A stretch of DNA of 64,000 bases from a virus, in the IMG/VR virus record IMGVR_UViG_3300020452_000548, positions 1 through 64,000 of that record; one strand, 5' to 3'. The notes under the pieces are model-generated. The model worked only from the letters and a program-made list of their open reading frames with translations. It was not told the DNA's origin and did no database searches. How positions within the stretch are numbered: the first letter of the stretch is position 1; each line of letters begins with the position of its first letter. Below, one piece after another: positions 27,532 through 37,247 of the stretch. The position numbers were made by a program, and so were the translations under genes.

Positions 27532-27856
27532 CAATCCTTTCAGCAAGGAACAAACAAACGCCTTGACCTTTCAAACGATTAGATTTGTTCTTGGAACGCA
27601 TTTTAATTGCCCACCTCATTCATGGGATGACCAACCATATGATCGTGTTATGCTCGATTATATGTTCGTGCAGGTGTCGCAAGAAAAACAGGCAGAAGCT
27701 TTGGATAAACAGCGTAAAGAGCAACAAAGGCAGTATAACAAAGGCAACAATAAAGGCGGGCGTGTTATACGGACTACCAGTGATGCGGGGGAGCTGGAAG
27801 ATTTCTTTGATCGTGTCAATGCTGACATGAGGGGAGAGGGAGATGGCGGCAGGTGA
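27500..27856 (+). CDS. Tail assembly chaperone extension (gpT-like), made as a frameshift fusion
   Basis: Weak TTG start, in frame with the -1 shift product, and precedes the TMP. Confidence 0.72.
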   Translation: MKKYIDSEGKVNPFSKEQTNALTFQTIRFVLGTHFNCPPHSWDDQPYDRVMLDYMFVQVSQEKQAEALDKQRKEQQRQYNKGNNKGGRVIRTTSDAGELEDFFDRVNADMRGEGDGGR

Positions 27857-29462
27857 TTTTACAGCCGGGTTAAGTGGATTAGCCAACGCTATGGTTGGGA
27901 TGAAAAAATCTAGCAAAGAAGCACAAGTAGCCGCATTGAAGTACAAAGTTCTGAATACGACATTAGGGCCACTAACTGATATATTCATGAAGGCAAAACA
28001 GTATCTTATTCTGTTAGCTGAGGCATTTACAGACACGGATAAGACCGTTGATGAAACAACAGAATCCGTTGAAGCGTTGAGTGACGCATTAAGCCCACTA
28101 ACAAAGACGCTTCAAGCCATGAAAATGACGATTTTATTCCTTGTTGGAATATTTGCTTTGGTATCAACAGCTCTTGTGATATTTACAGGATCAATAGGAG
28201 GGGCTACGGCAGCGTTCCCTGAGTTCTTTGCCGCATTTGAAAATATTAAGGACTCTATAATGGAAGTCATTGGTCATCTTCAGACTATCGGAGCTACAAT
28301 TCTTGCATTAGACTGGTCGCCTTTACTGAATGTAGCAACAGTAGCAATCATGGGTCTTATATCACTAATAATGCAATTCTATGTGTTTGCATTCAATGTA
28401 ATTGCTATGGTAATTGGAGAGTTCGCTAGATTATTCACATATATGGCCGAAACAGGTGCATTCCAAGCTATTATTGATGGCTATTCAGGCATTTTGACCG
28501 CAGTATTATTGGTCTTTGGTTACATTGGAGAGATATTGAATGCCTTCGGTATAAACTTTGATTCGGTGTTTGCGGCAGTATCAGCAATCTTTGGCGGTTT
28601 TGTTGATTTCATGATAAATAGCGGGTTATTGCTATTCTTTGCGGATTTGATTGGTTGGATAGGTGCGGTTTTACCACCCTTTGTAATCGTAGTAGGGGAG
28701 ATATTGGTTCTAACCGCAAAAGTTCTCGCATTCTTCTTAGGGCCAATTGCTGTTGGAATTGTTAGTGTAGTTAAAATCATCATAAATGTAATTGCGGGGG
28801 CAATAGCAATAGTAGTAGCTGCATTTAGAATCGCTTTTGCCGTGATGAAAACAATTGCAGATGTATGGATGGCTATATTCACAGGGAATTGGCGTGACAT
28901 ACCGGGAATCATCGGTGGCTTGTTTAGCAAGGTTTTGGATATAGCCGGAGATTTGTTTGACTCTTTGGTAGCGATATTCATCAACATTGGGGAAGCGATT
29001 ATCGCACCATTTGTGTATGTATTTGAAGAAGTAGCGGGCATATTCGAATCAATGTATGATGCAATAAAGGATCCAATAACAGAAGCTATTGATTATGTTA
29101 TGTCCCCAATCAATGAGTTAATTGATGCAATTGACTCAATATCATTAGGTGGCCTTATGGATGCGGGTGGTGGTTTGTTAGATAGTCTGAATCCGTTTGC
29201 TTCTGGGGGTATATCAAGAGGGCCAACAAGCGGATACCCTGTCGCATTACACGGAACGGAAGCGGTAGTTCCTCTTCCAGACGGTAGGACTATCCCTGTA
29301 ACCGTCAAAGGAATGGGTGGCGGTAGTGGAGATAACATCACGGTTAATATCGCTGTGAAGGGTGGCGGTAATGCTAAGGATATAGCTAGAGCCGTCAGTC
29401 AAGAGGTTCAACGCACATTCAGAAATAGGTCAAGAGGAATGGGCTTCACAAGGGGTGTCTGA
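27843..29462 (+). CDS. Tape measure protein
   Basis: Long amphipathic/hydrophobic helices; C-terminal FASGG..GP..GTEAVVPL motif typical of TMPs. Confidence 0.85.
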   Translation: MAAGDFTAGLSGLANAMVGMKKSSKEAQVAALKYKVLNTTLGPLTDIFMKAKQYLILLAEAFTDTDKTVDETTESVEALSDALSPLTKTLQAMKMTILFLVGIFALVSTALVIFTGSIGGATAAFPEFFAAFENIKDSIMEVIGHLQTIGATILALDWSPLLNVATVAIMGLISLIMQFYVFAFNVIAMVIGEFARLFTYMAETGAFQAIIDGYSGILTAVLLVFGYIGEILNAFGINFDSVFAAVSAIFGGFVDFMINSGLLLFFADLIGWIGAVLPPFVIVVGEILVLTAKVLAFFLGPIAVGIVSVVKIIINVIAGAIAIVVAAFRIAFAVMKTIADVWMAIFTGNWRDIPGIIGGLFSKVLDIAGDLFDSLVAIFINIGEAIIAPFVYVFEEVAGIFESMYDAIKDPITEAIDYVMSPINELIDAIDSISLGGLMDAGGGLLDSLNPFASGGISRGPTSGYPVALHGTEAVVPLPDGRTIPVTVKGMGGGSGDNITVNIAVKGGGNAKDIARAVSQEVQRTFRNRSRGMGFTRGV

Positions 29463-29464
29463 TA

Positions 29465-30748
29465 ATGCCGAAGATACAGCTCATTAGAAGGGATAGCTCA
29501 ATTATCGAGTTAGATGCGAATACCATCACCTTTGATTTGAAAAGAAACACTACGGTTGCACCGATACCATTCTTAGGTCAGCGTTTTGGTATTGATACCA
29601 ACCTAACCGATGTAGGAATCAGCATAGGTGGAATAGTTACAGATGACGATAGCGAAGTATTGGGTACAGGGTCAGCTTTTACCATAGATCTATCTCAAGC
29701 TTCAGGAACAATCCCTAGCTCAACATGGTATGGGCAGTATTCAACATCATCAGGTGCATGGAACACAGTAAAAGCAGATTTAGACGGTGTTGAGATTTCA
29801 TTCAAATCAAAAGGGCAACTTGATGCAGGGCTAGGAGAAACTACTGCCATAAGGCTCGCCAACGGCACTACAACATCAAGTGTAGGAGATAGTATAATCG
29901 GTGTAAATATCAGCTCAACGACTACATCAGACTCTCTTGCTACTACTATTGTAAATGCACTCAATTCTGCAAGTATAACCATTGATGGTGCAACAACCGC
30001 CTTCACAACGGCCTTTTCCATATCTCAAGCCAAAGGCCAACAGATGAATAATTCATATTTTCACCAAACAGGCGATATAAGCACCGTCTATAATGGCGAG
30101 CAGATCTTAATCAAGAATAAATCAATAGGATCGGGCGGAGATGTTGCGGTTTCAATTCAAAAAGGCGTGAATGCAGGTAGTAATACATACGCTTTGGTTG
30201 ATGGTTCAAGAGCTAAATGGGATAAGTCGTTCTATGTTAGCAATATGACTGGTGGCGTTAATTCCAATAAAATGACAATGGGAGATAAGGTGCAAGAATT
30301 ACTGAATCTTGCTAATATGTCTGCGGGTGGTGCTTTACTCTCCCCAAATACACTAACGGGCGATGTAATTGATTTGCCCGATAGCGTTGCATCTTTTGAC
30401 GCATCAAGGTTCTTACAAATTGAAGATGCCGAAGTGGTGAAGAAGTATATCGTAGGTGTTCGAGTTCCTTATGAGTCAATAGCAAGTTCAAGCACAGGCC
30501 AAGAAGTATTGAGGCAATTCATAATACCCGCAGGGCCGGGAACAAACTATTCTGCCTCACAAAACACAAGAGAGTTTGACCCTGTGTCAATTGTAAATAA
30601 CGAAAAAGTGCGACCCAACCCATATTTGGAACAGGGTGTTGCATTACCTTGTACTCTTCTGACTTGGAATCCTTCATACGAAGCTGGCGATGGATTTTGG
30701 AGTTATGAATTGAGCTTGGCTGTTGTTGAGCAATTGGTCGGTATTTGA
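29465..30748 (+). CDS. Distal tail (Dit-like) protein with insertion
   Basis: Lies immediately after the TMP; N- and C-terminal beta segments flank a Ser/Thr-rich insert. Confidence 0.5.
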   Translation: MPKIQLIRRDSSIIELDANTITFDLKRNTTVAPIPFLGQRFGIDTNLTDVGISIGGIVTDDDSEVLGTGSAFTIDLSQASGTIPSSTWYGQYSTSSGAWNTVKADLDGVEISFKSKGQLDAGLGETTAIRLANGTTTSSVGDSIIGVNISSTTTSDSLATTIVNALNSASITIDGATTAFTTAFSISQAKGQQMNNSYFHQTGDISTVYNGEQILIKNKSIGSGGDVAVSIQKGVNAGSNTYALVDGSRAKWDKSFYVSNMTGGVNSNKMTMGDKVQELLNLANMSAGGALLSPNTLTGDVIDLPDSVASFDASRFLQIEDAEVVKKYIVGVRVPYESIASSSTGQEVLRQFIIPAGPGTNYSASQNTREFDPVSIVNNEKVRPNPYLEQGVALPCTLLTWNPSYEAGDGFWSYELSLAVVEQLVGI

Positions 30749-30749
30749 G

Positions 30750-33700
30750 ATGGGGTTGATTCGTTATCATGGTAAAGCCGTTAGGCTAAATGGCCTAACT
30801 GATGGATTAGTCGTGCCGACAGGCAAGTTCCGTGAATCGGGCATAGATCTAAGACACCCTGCATTTGCCGCAACAGCAAAATCACCTAAGAGCGATGCAC
30901 CAAGAATAGGTAGGTTGCATGAGCCTTCGATTTCTAATCCGTTGAATACGATTAGAGGTTCATTTACTATTGATGCGTGTATTATCCCAGATTATGGTGG
31001 TGTTGTTCTTGAAAAACCCGGACAATTCAAGCTAACCTATGGGAATCCTTTTTCTTCTGGGCCGATGGTTTTTGATGTTATTACTGATGAACGCACATAT
31101 CGCTTAGAAACCACATACAATGCACCTGTAGCTACTCAAAGCAACTCAGGAACATATAGTGGTAGTGAGCATAAGCCACACGACCTTACTCTTGGAGAAC
31201 AACCATTGGTAATGCTCACAGCTCAATTCACAAGGCAGTTCATTCGCTGTTATATCAATGGCGATCTTGTTGCTGAACAAAATCTCGCAGGTGAAAAACC
31301 GTTAGTAGCTGAGAAATCTTCTGACTTGTTTATAGGGGGTCAAGGTGGAGAGTTTAGGGGGATAATAGAGTCAATAAGATTGAATCGAGGGATTACAGAC
31401 CCTAAATTAGAACCATTAACCAACAACGACACCACACTTGGACTGTGGTTATTTGAAGATGATTTTGAAATGCCCGATATTTACTTCTTTGATAATGCCC
31501 GTGCAGCAGTTACCAATCAAGGGAGAGATGGGCCGGATACTCATGATGGTTTGATGCCTTTACCTATGGTAGCAGTAGGACATACATTCACAGGCGATAG
31601 CGGGACTACATTCAAGATCCGTGATTATCCAGCTAATCCCAATGCAAGTGTGGATCGTTATACCGCATTGGAAAAGTTAGCATCTTACATCACAGGCGTT
31701 GATTTGGAGGACATTAAGAATCAAACATGGTATGCTTCGGGAACATTGAGCTTAACCGATGCAGAATACTTTAGCGGGGTTGCCTCAACTTCATTAAATG
31801 CGATAATCAACCATTCTGGAACGCACCCACTAACTGGTCTTTGCACCAGTCCGGCAAGCAAGATGATTAGGTGGTCTGATGATGTAGCAACAGCTTCAGC
31901 TACTGCGGTTGATATGAATCCCATGTCAATAGTTCCAGAAAGAGTTAGGATTACTGCAATAGATTTCGTAAATAGTAAATTGAGTTATACATCTATTCAT
32001 TTGGCTAATGATGAGCAGAACAATGGTGTTGATAATCTCCCCGAAACCCAAAAGCCATTGTTCCCACCAAGCACGGATGCACTTGTATGGTTTGTATTAG
32101 GAAAATCCGATGTATTGATTGATCAAGGTAATGAGAATACCCATGCAAGCGTAGGCGGTCAGAAAACAAGGGCAAAGGACACATTTACAAAATACACATT
32201 TACTCAGAATCAAAGATTCTCGGATAGCACCGAGTTCAACAATGACGCATATTTCATATCTCCAAAAAGTCGCACACTTTCATCAAATAGTGCTACTGTG
32301 TTAGCTGACCCTGCTGATACATATCCAGCTATGGGTGGTGTTACATCATACACATTGGTTGATGGTGATTTCTTCCTCAAAAAATTACCACAGCCCGATG
32401 AGCAGACGGTGAAGCAGACTGTTCAAGGAATTGCTAACTCGTTTGAATACATTAGCGATGATATGTCTATTGGCTCTATTATTGGGCAGAACGATATAGT
32501 CAAAGTTACTGAGAATGTATATTCTGGTGGAATTACAAGAGTTACTAATACTTCGTCATCAGTATTAGCTACAGATGCAAGTAGCGTTCCTTTCAACAGG
32601 ATAATTACGGAATCAGGAGTAGGGGCATACGCTACCAACAGCTTTTCTGCATCAACCCGTGATGAAATAGTCGCTTTGGCGGTTGAAGATATTAGGCCAT
32701 TCATGCTAAAGGGCTTAGATACGGATCATACAGCTCAATTATCCAATGGCGTTCCCACCAATGACGCATACATCCGACACCTAACCCCAGAGAAGGAAGC
32801 TCGGATTGCAGTTATCAAATCACCAACCGCACTTGTTAGTGCAGGTGGCCCTTCGAAAGTGTTAGTCTATTATGATGCAATAGATTTGACTGGAGAAGTA
32901 GTAGCTGGAACAGGGTTTAATCTTAGAAGCGGAATCAACACCAAACTTACGGGCTATCATGCAATAGGGAATACAGGCTATTTGGTCGTGCGTAAGACCG
33001 TTCCCTGTGGTAGTGCATACTTTGGCTCTAAGTCGCTCTCAGAATGGCTTAGAAAGCCCTTTTCAAGCACACCTGCTAATCACAAAGACATACTATTCAA
33101 GATTACAGCTCCGGGCGGGCTGATTTCAGTTCCAACAGCATCATTCAACGGCACATTCTCAAGCCATTCGCTAACAGCTTCACCGACAGGCGACATAACA
33201 CCCTCTCCTTTCATCAATATCGAAGATTGCGTAGTTACAGTAGGCACGGGCATTCAAGGATATGGCCGACCCAAGCCCGTTCCAAGCACTAACACCCCCG
33301 ATGACACAAGCAACTCGGAATACCATTCATTATTCATAGAAAACATACAACGGTCAAAACAGACCGATTATAGAGGGCAAACCCAAACACCTGCATCATT
33401 TAGACGGTCTAATCTAACAGGCTTTGATTTGATAGACAATGACCTCAAAACAGACGAGAGCTTAGTCTTAGTCCATCCAGCTAAGAGAAGCAGATTTGCT
33501 ACATTAGACGATATACTGACTACAAGAGATGGGGGTGGCAATTCATCAACCGCTATAATTGAATTGAATCTTATGAAAGGAAGAATCGAAGAGGTAGCCC
33601 CTATATCTGACGATATGGGTACTACTCAATTGGTATTGAGGGGGCGTTCAATACTGATGGATATTGCAGATAGCAGGGCGATACGAGATTTTAATTTGAG

Positions 33701-36700
33701 TCAGGGTTCTCCGATTAAGGAAATAGGAGATTTAGGAACACCGACTGTTAGCTTGACTTTAGGCGGATTAGGACAGGGCGGAATAGATATTCAACCCACA
33801 TACACCGAACACCCGCTATTTCCCGGTTGGAAAGACAGGATAGTGGGTAGTGGTAATGCTTCAGTTAGGAATGACAAGCAAGCATCCACCTATTATGCCT
33901 CAACAAGAGCTATTACCGAAATACCATTATTCCCGTCTATGTTTTTCGATGTTGATTCAATTGAAAACTCGGATAACGATTCAAGGACACCGCTATCCTC
34001 AGTCCGATCCACTAAGATGAGTATTGATTGCACCATGACGGCAACAAACAGACCTCAGATGAAAACATACGAAAGCAGGTTTTCTATTGATTGGGGGATG
34101 GCTGACGATGTGTCGTCAATTGAAATTACAGACCAGTATTGGGATTTCCTTACGGCTGATACAGGCAGATGGATTTCAAGATGTCAAAGGCCATCGGTTC
34201 AAGGCGTTATCACGACTTACAATAGCGGTGTTTTCACACTGGATGATGCTTCTGCATTTGCTAAATCTACTTTGGAGAGGGGTAGTGCAGATTATTGTGA
34301 TAATACATTTTGGATCACAATAGGTGAAGGCCATCCTACGATTAACGATGGCTTAGGTCAATTAGTAAAGGTCACATATACCAACGCCACTACTTTGACG
34401 AGAGTAAATGGAATCCCCATACGCCATCCAGTGACATTGGCCGACCAAGACTCAACAACACCTAACGGGCTTTTTACAGGTTCTGTAGCTACATTGGGCG
34501 GATACATACACTTGGGCGTAGGGTATGTGCAAAACGCAGATGGTAGTAACAGCTCAACCGCAGTAACAAATGCAGACTTCATAGCTAGTTTGGCTGATGT
34601 AATTGCAGCTTACAACTCAGCACATGGTACACCAAGCTCGTTAGATGGTTATGAGTTCTCAAAATTAGCACCATTGTTAGCTGAAGAAATGGCTACCGCA
34701 GCTTGTAATTTGTTAGGCAAGACTTCATCTGCAAGACAACAAGACCCCGATAATGTAGCTCGATACCTAATCAAAGAAGGCCCTAACATGGAAGCCTTTG
34801 ATTGGGATATAGCTGAGGTTCAAGAAGCATCTGCTGACCGTTATACCGATCCTCCAGTCATAATGAAATGTAGCCACCTTTCATTGAAAGGCAAAAAATC
34901 CGATGGTTCTGCATTGGACTATGTTCGACCATTAGAGCTAGATTTCAACGATATTGCCGTCAAAATGGGCGACTTCAATCTATGTGTTGAAGAAGTCATT
35001 AGGCGAATCAACATGGCGGGCCATCCCCAAGCTAAGAATAGTCAAAGTGGTAGTGCCTTTGACCCGCCACCTTTGTTTGCTACGACTAATGCAGATACAG
35101 GAACGCACATGGGGTATGTTCGAGCTTTCATGGGCAAGGATACTGAGAGTAGAGATGGTGAAGCAGGGGCTTCAATTGTAATACACAGTACCGTTCCCGG
35201 TGCAACAGGCAGAAACTTCTGCGTACACATCAACAACAACACACCCTATGCCTACAAACCAGCTACGGTAATAGGGTATGGGGGGTTGTCGGCTAACAAT
35301 AGTAGGTCGTATCACCCCAACTCATTCCCTGCACCGTTACCGATAGGTTCGGATGGAGAAACCTATGTACCTATATCCACATTTAGAGGCGCACCGCACG
35401 GCTCTATACACGATGCCGAGGGCAACATAAGGTCATACGATGGGTTAGGTGGCGTATGCAAGATAAAGACAGTCGCAACTCCTTCCGTTGTTCAAACATC
35501 CGATGGAAATACATACGCACTATGGAACGGCAAAATGGTATTTCCTCAAGCAAATGTATCATCAGCAGTATCAACAGGATATATCTCAGGATTAGCTGTT
35601 AGCATAAAAACTGAGGATTGGATGAAGAGGATAGGGGCATTGACTTCTGCTGCTAACAAAGGCATAATGAGAGTAAAAGGTCAATTAGCCGATTTTGAAT
35701 ACATCAGTCAATCGGTAGGTTCGGGAACATCAACAAACGCATTCTATATCCACAAGATATATCCCAGAGAGGATTTGGATTCTTTCTATCAGATATTCTA
35801 TGAGGATGTAGGAGATGCAGCTACGGAGATTAACAACATAGATGTTGAGATTCTTTGGCCTCGCCTCGATCCCAATGGGATAGTGTTCTTTGGTGGCGGT
35901 CATACGGGTGTGGTGCTTGATATAAGCGATGGAACGGCAAATGATTACTCATCGGACTACAAACACTTCCTATCTAAAGGCCCTACCGGATTTAGCGGAT
36001 TCCAAAACCTACACGAAACATCAACAGCTTCAGCCGTTCTTGATTTTACAGACATAACAAATGAAGATACGATAAACGAAAACACCCTAAGAGGATTCCA
36101 TCACAAGTTAATCGTGGATAGTTCTGGTAACATGGTTGATGGTTGCCGAGTATATGTGAGGATGAATGAAACGGTTGCATCGGGTTCTCATAGTCAGAAC
36201 AATGCCCAAATGACTGAGGACATATATGGATCCCCGATTCGTGTAACAGGAACAGGTGCTAATTTCACGCTTGTAAATGGCCCTGCAAATAGCGTTGATA
36301 GTGCAGATAAAGGCATTCAGTTTAATGATGGCGGAACAGGAGAGAAAGACCAGTGTATTGCGCTATACAATTACAATTCGGGTGTAGAAGCTGAGTATGG
36401 GCCAATGGCAGATTTTGATTGCCGGACTGATTTTTCAATTAGTGCATTCTTTAATCAGGGGTCATTATCAAATCCTACTTGTGGGCCAATAATCTCCGGT
36501 TTAGATTCCAATGGTCGGCCTTGGGGTTTGTTTTTAGCTGGAAAGAATGCGGGTGTGAATCAGTATATCCAAGTCGCCTTCTGTTATGCCACATCATCGG
36601 GTAATAAGAAAGTGGTTTTTAATGATGTAGATAGGGGCGGGCTGAGAATAGATCGTGACGCATGGTCTTGTGTTGTTGCATCTAAGTCAGGCGATAACGC

Positions 36701-37247
36701 AACAATCTATTTGGCTAACGCAACGGGGTTGAAGTTCGGTGGCAACAACATAGGCGGTTCATGGGATATTGGGACTGTTAATTTAACAGGAATGCAAGAC
36801 ATTACCACATCTCGAAGAGTTCACGATGGGGGTTCTTTGAGTAATGAAGTGAATGTATCTACTACTTCTTCATCTTCGGCTCTCTATGTTGCAGCATCCA
36901 TACCCTCAGCTCTCGGCACTACTGCTGCAACAAAGATGAGTTTGATTGGCGTTTCTGCATTGAAGAAAATTAGTTTCGGTTCTTCAACAACTACGAATAT
37001 GATTGGAAAAATGTATCAACATCCCTATGATGCAATAACAAGCAGTTCCTATGTGGAGATGAGTCATATAGCCAAGAAAGGTTCTGATGGCACATTCATA
37101 GACGCATCCGATGGGGCTAATGATGGAAGAATGGATATTAGCGATACCCTCTTCTTTTCGGGAACGCTATCAAATGTAGCAATACATAATTATCCATTGA
37201 CACAAGCCGATGCAACGGCTTTATGGGATGCTAAGGGGGTATGGTGA
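30750..37247 (+). CDS. Giant tail-tip protein with LamG/concanavalin A-like domains
   Basis: CYINGDLV..LFIGG..FRGIIESIRL and C-terminal FSISAFF..FSGTLSNVAIHNYPLT are LamG signatures. Likely start is ATG 30750. Confidence 0.7.
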   Translation: MGLIRYHGKAVRLNGLTDGLVVPTGKFRESGIDLRHPAFAATAKSPKSDAPRIGRLHEPSISNPLNTIRGSFTIDACIIPDYGGVVLEKPGQFKLTYGNPFSSGPMVFDVITDERTYRLETTYNAPVATQSNSGTYSGSEHKPHDLTLGEQPLVMLTAQFTRQFIRCYINGDLVAEQNLAGEKPLVAEKSSDLFIGGQGGEFRGIIESIRLNRGITDPKLEPLTNNDTTLGLWLFEDDFEMPDIYFFDNARAAVTNQGRDGPDTHDGLMPLPMVAVGHTFTGDSGTTFKIRDYPANPNASVDRYTALEKLASYITGVDLEDIKNQTWYASGTLSLTDAEYFSGVASTSLNAIINHSGTHPLTGLCTSPASKMIRWSDDVATASATAVDMNPMSIVPERVRITAIDFVNSKLSYTSIHLANDEQNNGVDNLPETQKPLFPPSTDALVWFVLGKSDVLIDQGNENTHASVGGQKTRAKDTFTKYTFTQNQRFSDSTEFNNDAYFISPKSRTLSSNSATVLADPADTYPAMGGVTSYTLVDGDFFLKKLPQPDEQTVKQTVQGIANSFEYISDDMSIGSIIGQNDIVKVTENVYSGGITRVTNTSSSVLATDASSVPFNRIITESGVGAYATNSFSASTRDEIVALAVEDIRPFMLKGLDTDHTAQLSNGVPTNDAYIRHLTPEKEARIAVIKSPTALVSAGGPSKVLVYYDAIDLTGEVVAGTGFNLRSGINTKLTGYHAIGNTGYLVVRKTVPCGSAYFGSKSLSEWLRKPFSSTPANHKDILFKITAPGGLISVPTASFNGTFSSHSLTASPTGDITPSPFINIEDCVVTVGTGIQGYGRPKPVPSTNTPDDTSNSEYHSLFIENIQRSKQTDYRGQTQTPASFRRSNLTGFDLIDNDLKTDESLVLVHPAKRSRFATLDDILTTRDGGGNSSTAIIELNLMKGRIEEVAPISDDMGTTQLVLRGRSILMDIADSRAIRDFNLSQGSPIKEIGDLGTPTVSLTLGGLGQGGIDIQPTYTEHPLFPGWKDRIVGSGNASVRNDKQASTYYASTRAITEIPLFPSMFFDVDSIENSDNDSRTPLSSVRSTKMSIDCTMTATNRPQMKTYESRFSIDWGMADDVSSIEITDQYWDFLTADTGRWISRCQRPSVQGVITTYNSGVFTLDDASAFAKSTLERGSADYCDNTFWITIGEGHPTINDGLGQLVKVTYTNATTLTRVNGIPIRHPVTLADQDSTTPNGLFTGSVATLGGYIHLGVGYVQNADGSNSSTAVTNADFIASLADVIAAYNSAHGTPSSLDGYEFSKLAPLLAEEMATAACNLLGKTSSARQQDPDNVARYLIKEGPNMEAFDWDIAEVQEASADRYTDPPVIMKCSHLSLKGKKSDGSALDYVRPLELDFNDIAVKMGDFNLCVEEVIRRINMAGHPQAKNSQSGSAFDPPPLFATTNADTGTHMGYVRAFMGKDTESRDGEAGASIVIHSTVPGATGRNFCVHINNNTPYAYKPATVIGYGGLSANNSRSYHPNSFPAPLPIGSDGETYVPISTFRGAPHGSIHDAEGNIRSYDGLGGVCKIKTVATPSVVQTSDGNTYALWNGKMVFPQANVSSAVSTGYISGLAVSIKTEDWMKRIGALTSAANKGIMRVKGQLADFEYISQSVGSGTSTNAFYIHKIYPREDLDSFYQIFYEDVGDAATEINNIDVEILWPRLDPNGIVFFGGGHTGVVLDISDGTANDYSSDYKHFLSKGPTGFSGFQNLHETSTASAVLDFTDITNEDTINENTLRGFHHKLIVDSSGNMVDGCRVYVRMNETVASGSHSQNNAQMTEDIYGSPIRVTGTGANFTLVNGPANSVDSADKGIQFNDGGTGEKDQCIALYNYNSGVEAEYGPMADFDCRTDFSISAFFNQGSLSNPTCGPIISGLDSNGRPWGLFLAGKNAGVNQYIQVAFCYATSSGNKKVVFNDVDRGGLRIDRDAWSCVVASKSGDNATIYLANATGLKFGGNNIGGSWDIGTVNLTGMQDITTSRRVHDGGSLSNEVNVSTTSSSSALYVAASIPSALGTTAATKMSLIGVSALKKISFGSSTTTNMIGKMYQHPYDAITSSSYVEMSHIAKKGSDGTFIDASDGANDGRMDISDTLFFSGTLSNVAIHNYPLTQADATALWDAKGVW

